Assembly (NCBI GenBank): GCA_000146045.2
Contig: BK006938.2
Span: forward strand, 128,001 to 192,000
DNA from: TPA_inf: Saccharomyces
Lineage: Eukaryota
DNA length: 64,000 nt
Direction of reading: 5' to 3'
Below are positions 62,924-64,000 of this stretch, piece after piece. The notes under the pieces were generated by a model. The model did not search any database. It was not told the origin of the DNA and was given only the letters and a program-made list of their open reading frames with translations. The translations under genes were made by a program, and so were the position numbers. How positions within the stretch are numbered: position 1 is the first letter of the stretch; every line of letters begins with the position of its first letter.

Positions 62924-64000
62924 ATGTCAAGAGATGCACCAATTAAGGCTGACAAGGATTATAGCCAAATTTTGAAGGAAGAGTTTCCTAAGATCGATTC
63001 GCTCGCTCAAAATGATTGTAACTCTGCTTTAGACCAACTGTTAGTGTTGGAGAAGAAAACCAGACAAGCTTCAGATCTGGCCTCCTCGAAAGAAGTTTTG
63101 GCCAAGATTGTAGATCTGCTAGCATCAAGGAATAAGTGGGACGACCTAAATGAGCAATTGACTCTACTCTCAAAAAAGCATGGTCAGTTGAAATTGTCAA
63201 TTCAGTATATGATACAAAAGGTTATGGAATATTTGAAAAGCTCGAAATCTTTGGATTTAAACACCAGAATTAGTGTCATTGAAACTATCAGGGTGGTTAC
63301 AGAGAACAAAATATTTGTAGAAGTGGAAAGAGCTAGGGTCACCAAAGATTTGGTGGAAATTAAGAAAGAAGAGGGTAAGATTGATGAAGCTGCAGACATC
63401 TTGTGTGAGTTACAGGTTGAGACCTATGGCTCCATGGAAATGTCTGAGAAAATTCAGTTTATATTAGAGCAAATGGAATTGAGTATATTAAAAGGTGATT
63501 ATTCCCAAGCCACGGTGCTTTCAAGAAAAATTCTGAAAAAAACTTTTAAAAATCCAAAATACGAGTCATTGAAGCTAGAATATTATAATCTTCTGGTAAA
63601 AATTAGTTTGCACAAGAGAGAATACCTAGAAGTTGCGCAGTATCTGCAAGAAATTTATCAAACAGACGCCATTAAATCAGATGAGGCTAAGTGGAAACCT
63701 GTTTTATCGCACATTGTATATTTCTTAGTCCTTTCACCTTACGGCAATTTACAAAATGATTTAATTCACAAAATCCAGAATGATAACAACCTGAAAAAAT
63801 TAGAAAGCCAAGAATCTTTAGTAAAATTGTTTACTACGAATGAGTTGATGAGATGGCCAATTGTTCAAAAAACCTATGAGCCCGTCTTAAATGAGGATGA
63901 TTTGGCATTTGGTGGAGAAGCTAATAAGCATCACTGGGAAGATTTACAAAAAAGGGTCATCGAGCACAATTTAAGAGTCATTTCCGAATACTATTCCAGA
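62924..64000 (+). CDS. RPN5: 26S proteasome lid subunit with a PCI domain. Only the 5' 359 codons are in the window; the 3' end lies beyond it.
   Basis: ATG at 62924 gives MSRDAPIKADKDYSQILKEEFPKIDSLAQNDCNSALDQLLVLEKKTRQASDLASSKEVLAKIVDLLASRNKWDDLNEQ…. The frame stays open to the window end. It is absent from the ORF track because no stop is reached. Confidence 0.92.
   Translation, partial: MSRDAPIKADKDYSQILKEEFPKIDSLAQNDCNSALDQLLVLEKKTRQASDLASSKEVLAKIVDLLASRNKWDDLNEQLTLLSKKHGQLKLSIQYMIQKVMEYLKSSKSLDLNTRISVIETIRVVTENKIFVEVERARVTKDLVEIKKEEGKIDEAADILCELQVETYGSMEMSEKIQFILEQMELSILKGDYSQATVLSRKILKKTFKNPKYESLKLEYYNLLVKISLHKREYLEVAQYLQEIYQTDAIKSDEAKWKPVLSHIVYFLVLSPYGNLQNDLIHKIQNDNNLKKLESQESLVKLFTTNELMRWPIVQKTYEPVLNEDDLAFGGEANKHHWEDLQKRVIEHNLRVISEYYSR

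Overview
This window is Saccharomyces cerevisiae nuclear DNA from the left arm of chromosome IV, covering the locus series YDL185W (VMA1) through YDL147W (RPN5). The gene order matches the S288C reference. I recognised 35 protein-coding genes directly from the provided translations, and every one has its reference length, order and orientation. There are no frameshifts, pseudogenes, Ty elements or LTRs, tRNAs, snoRNAs or introns that I can support. The window opens inside the VMA1 intein (VDE / PI-SceI homing endonuclease), which is the only mobile element present. The ORF track misses the 25-codon ribosomal gene RPL41A on the minus strand at 2407..2484. Several ORF-track entries start on TTG, GTG or CTG codons translated as M, which gives artificial 5' extensions; I re-anchored DLD2, YDL177C, YDL176W, AIR2, DLD1, NRP1, CDC9, ENT1, MHF2, STE7 and YDL183C on ATG codons that reproduce the known protein lengths. 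Outside the genes there are the following features. There is a perfect 69-bp tandem duplication between YDL180W and PCL9. (AAAT)n microsatellites flank GLT1. A (CA)n(TA)n microsatellite sits in a GC-rich island between DLD1 and PAR32. There are long poly(dA:dT) tracts. Recognisable cis-elements include MCB at CDC9, Rpn4 PACE at RPN5, PAC and RRPE at SAS10/RPC53 and NOP14, a Lys14-type site at LYS20, URS1 at MSH5 and Swi5/Ace2 sites at PCL9. I find no evidence for a novel or undescribed genetic system here; it is a densely packed (~70% coding), well-characterised core chromosomal region. The least-characterised coding content is YDL180W, YDL177C, YDL157C and YDL183C. All identifications rest on my recall of yeast protein sequences and motifs and should be confirmed by BLAST against the S288C reference.
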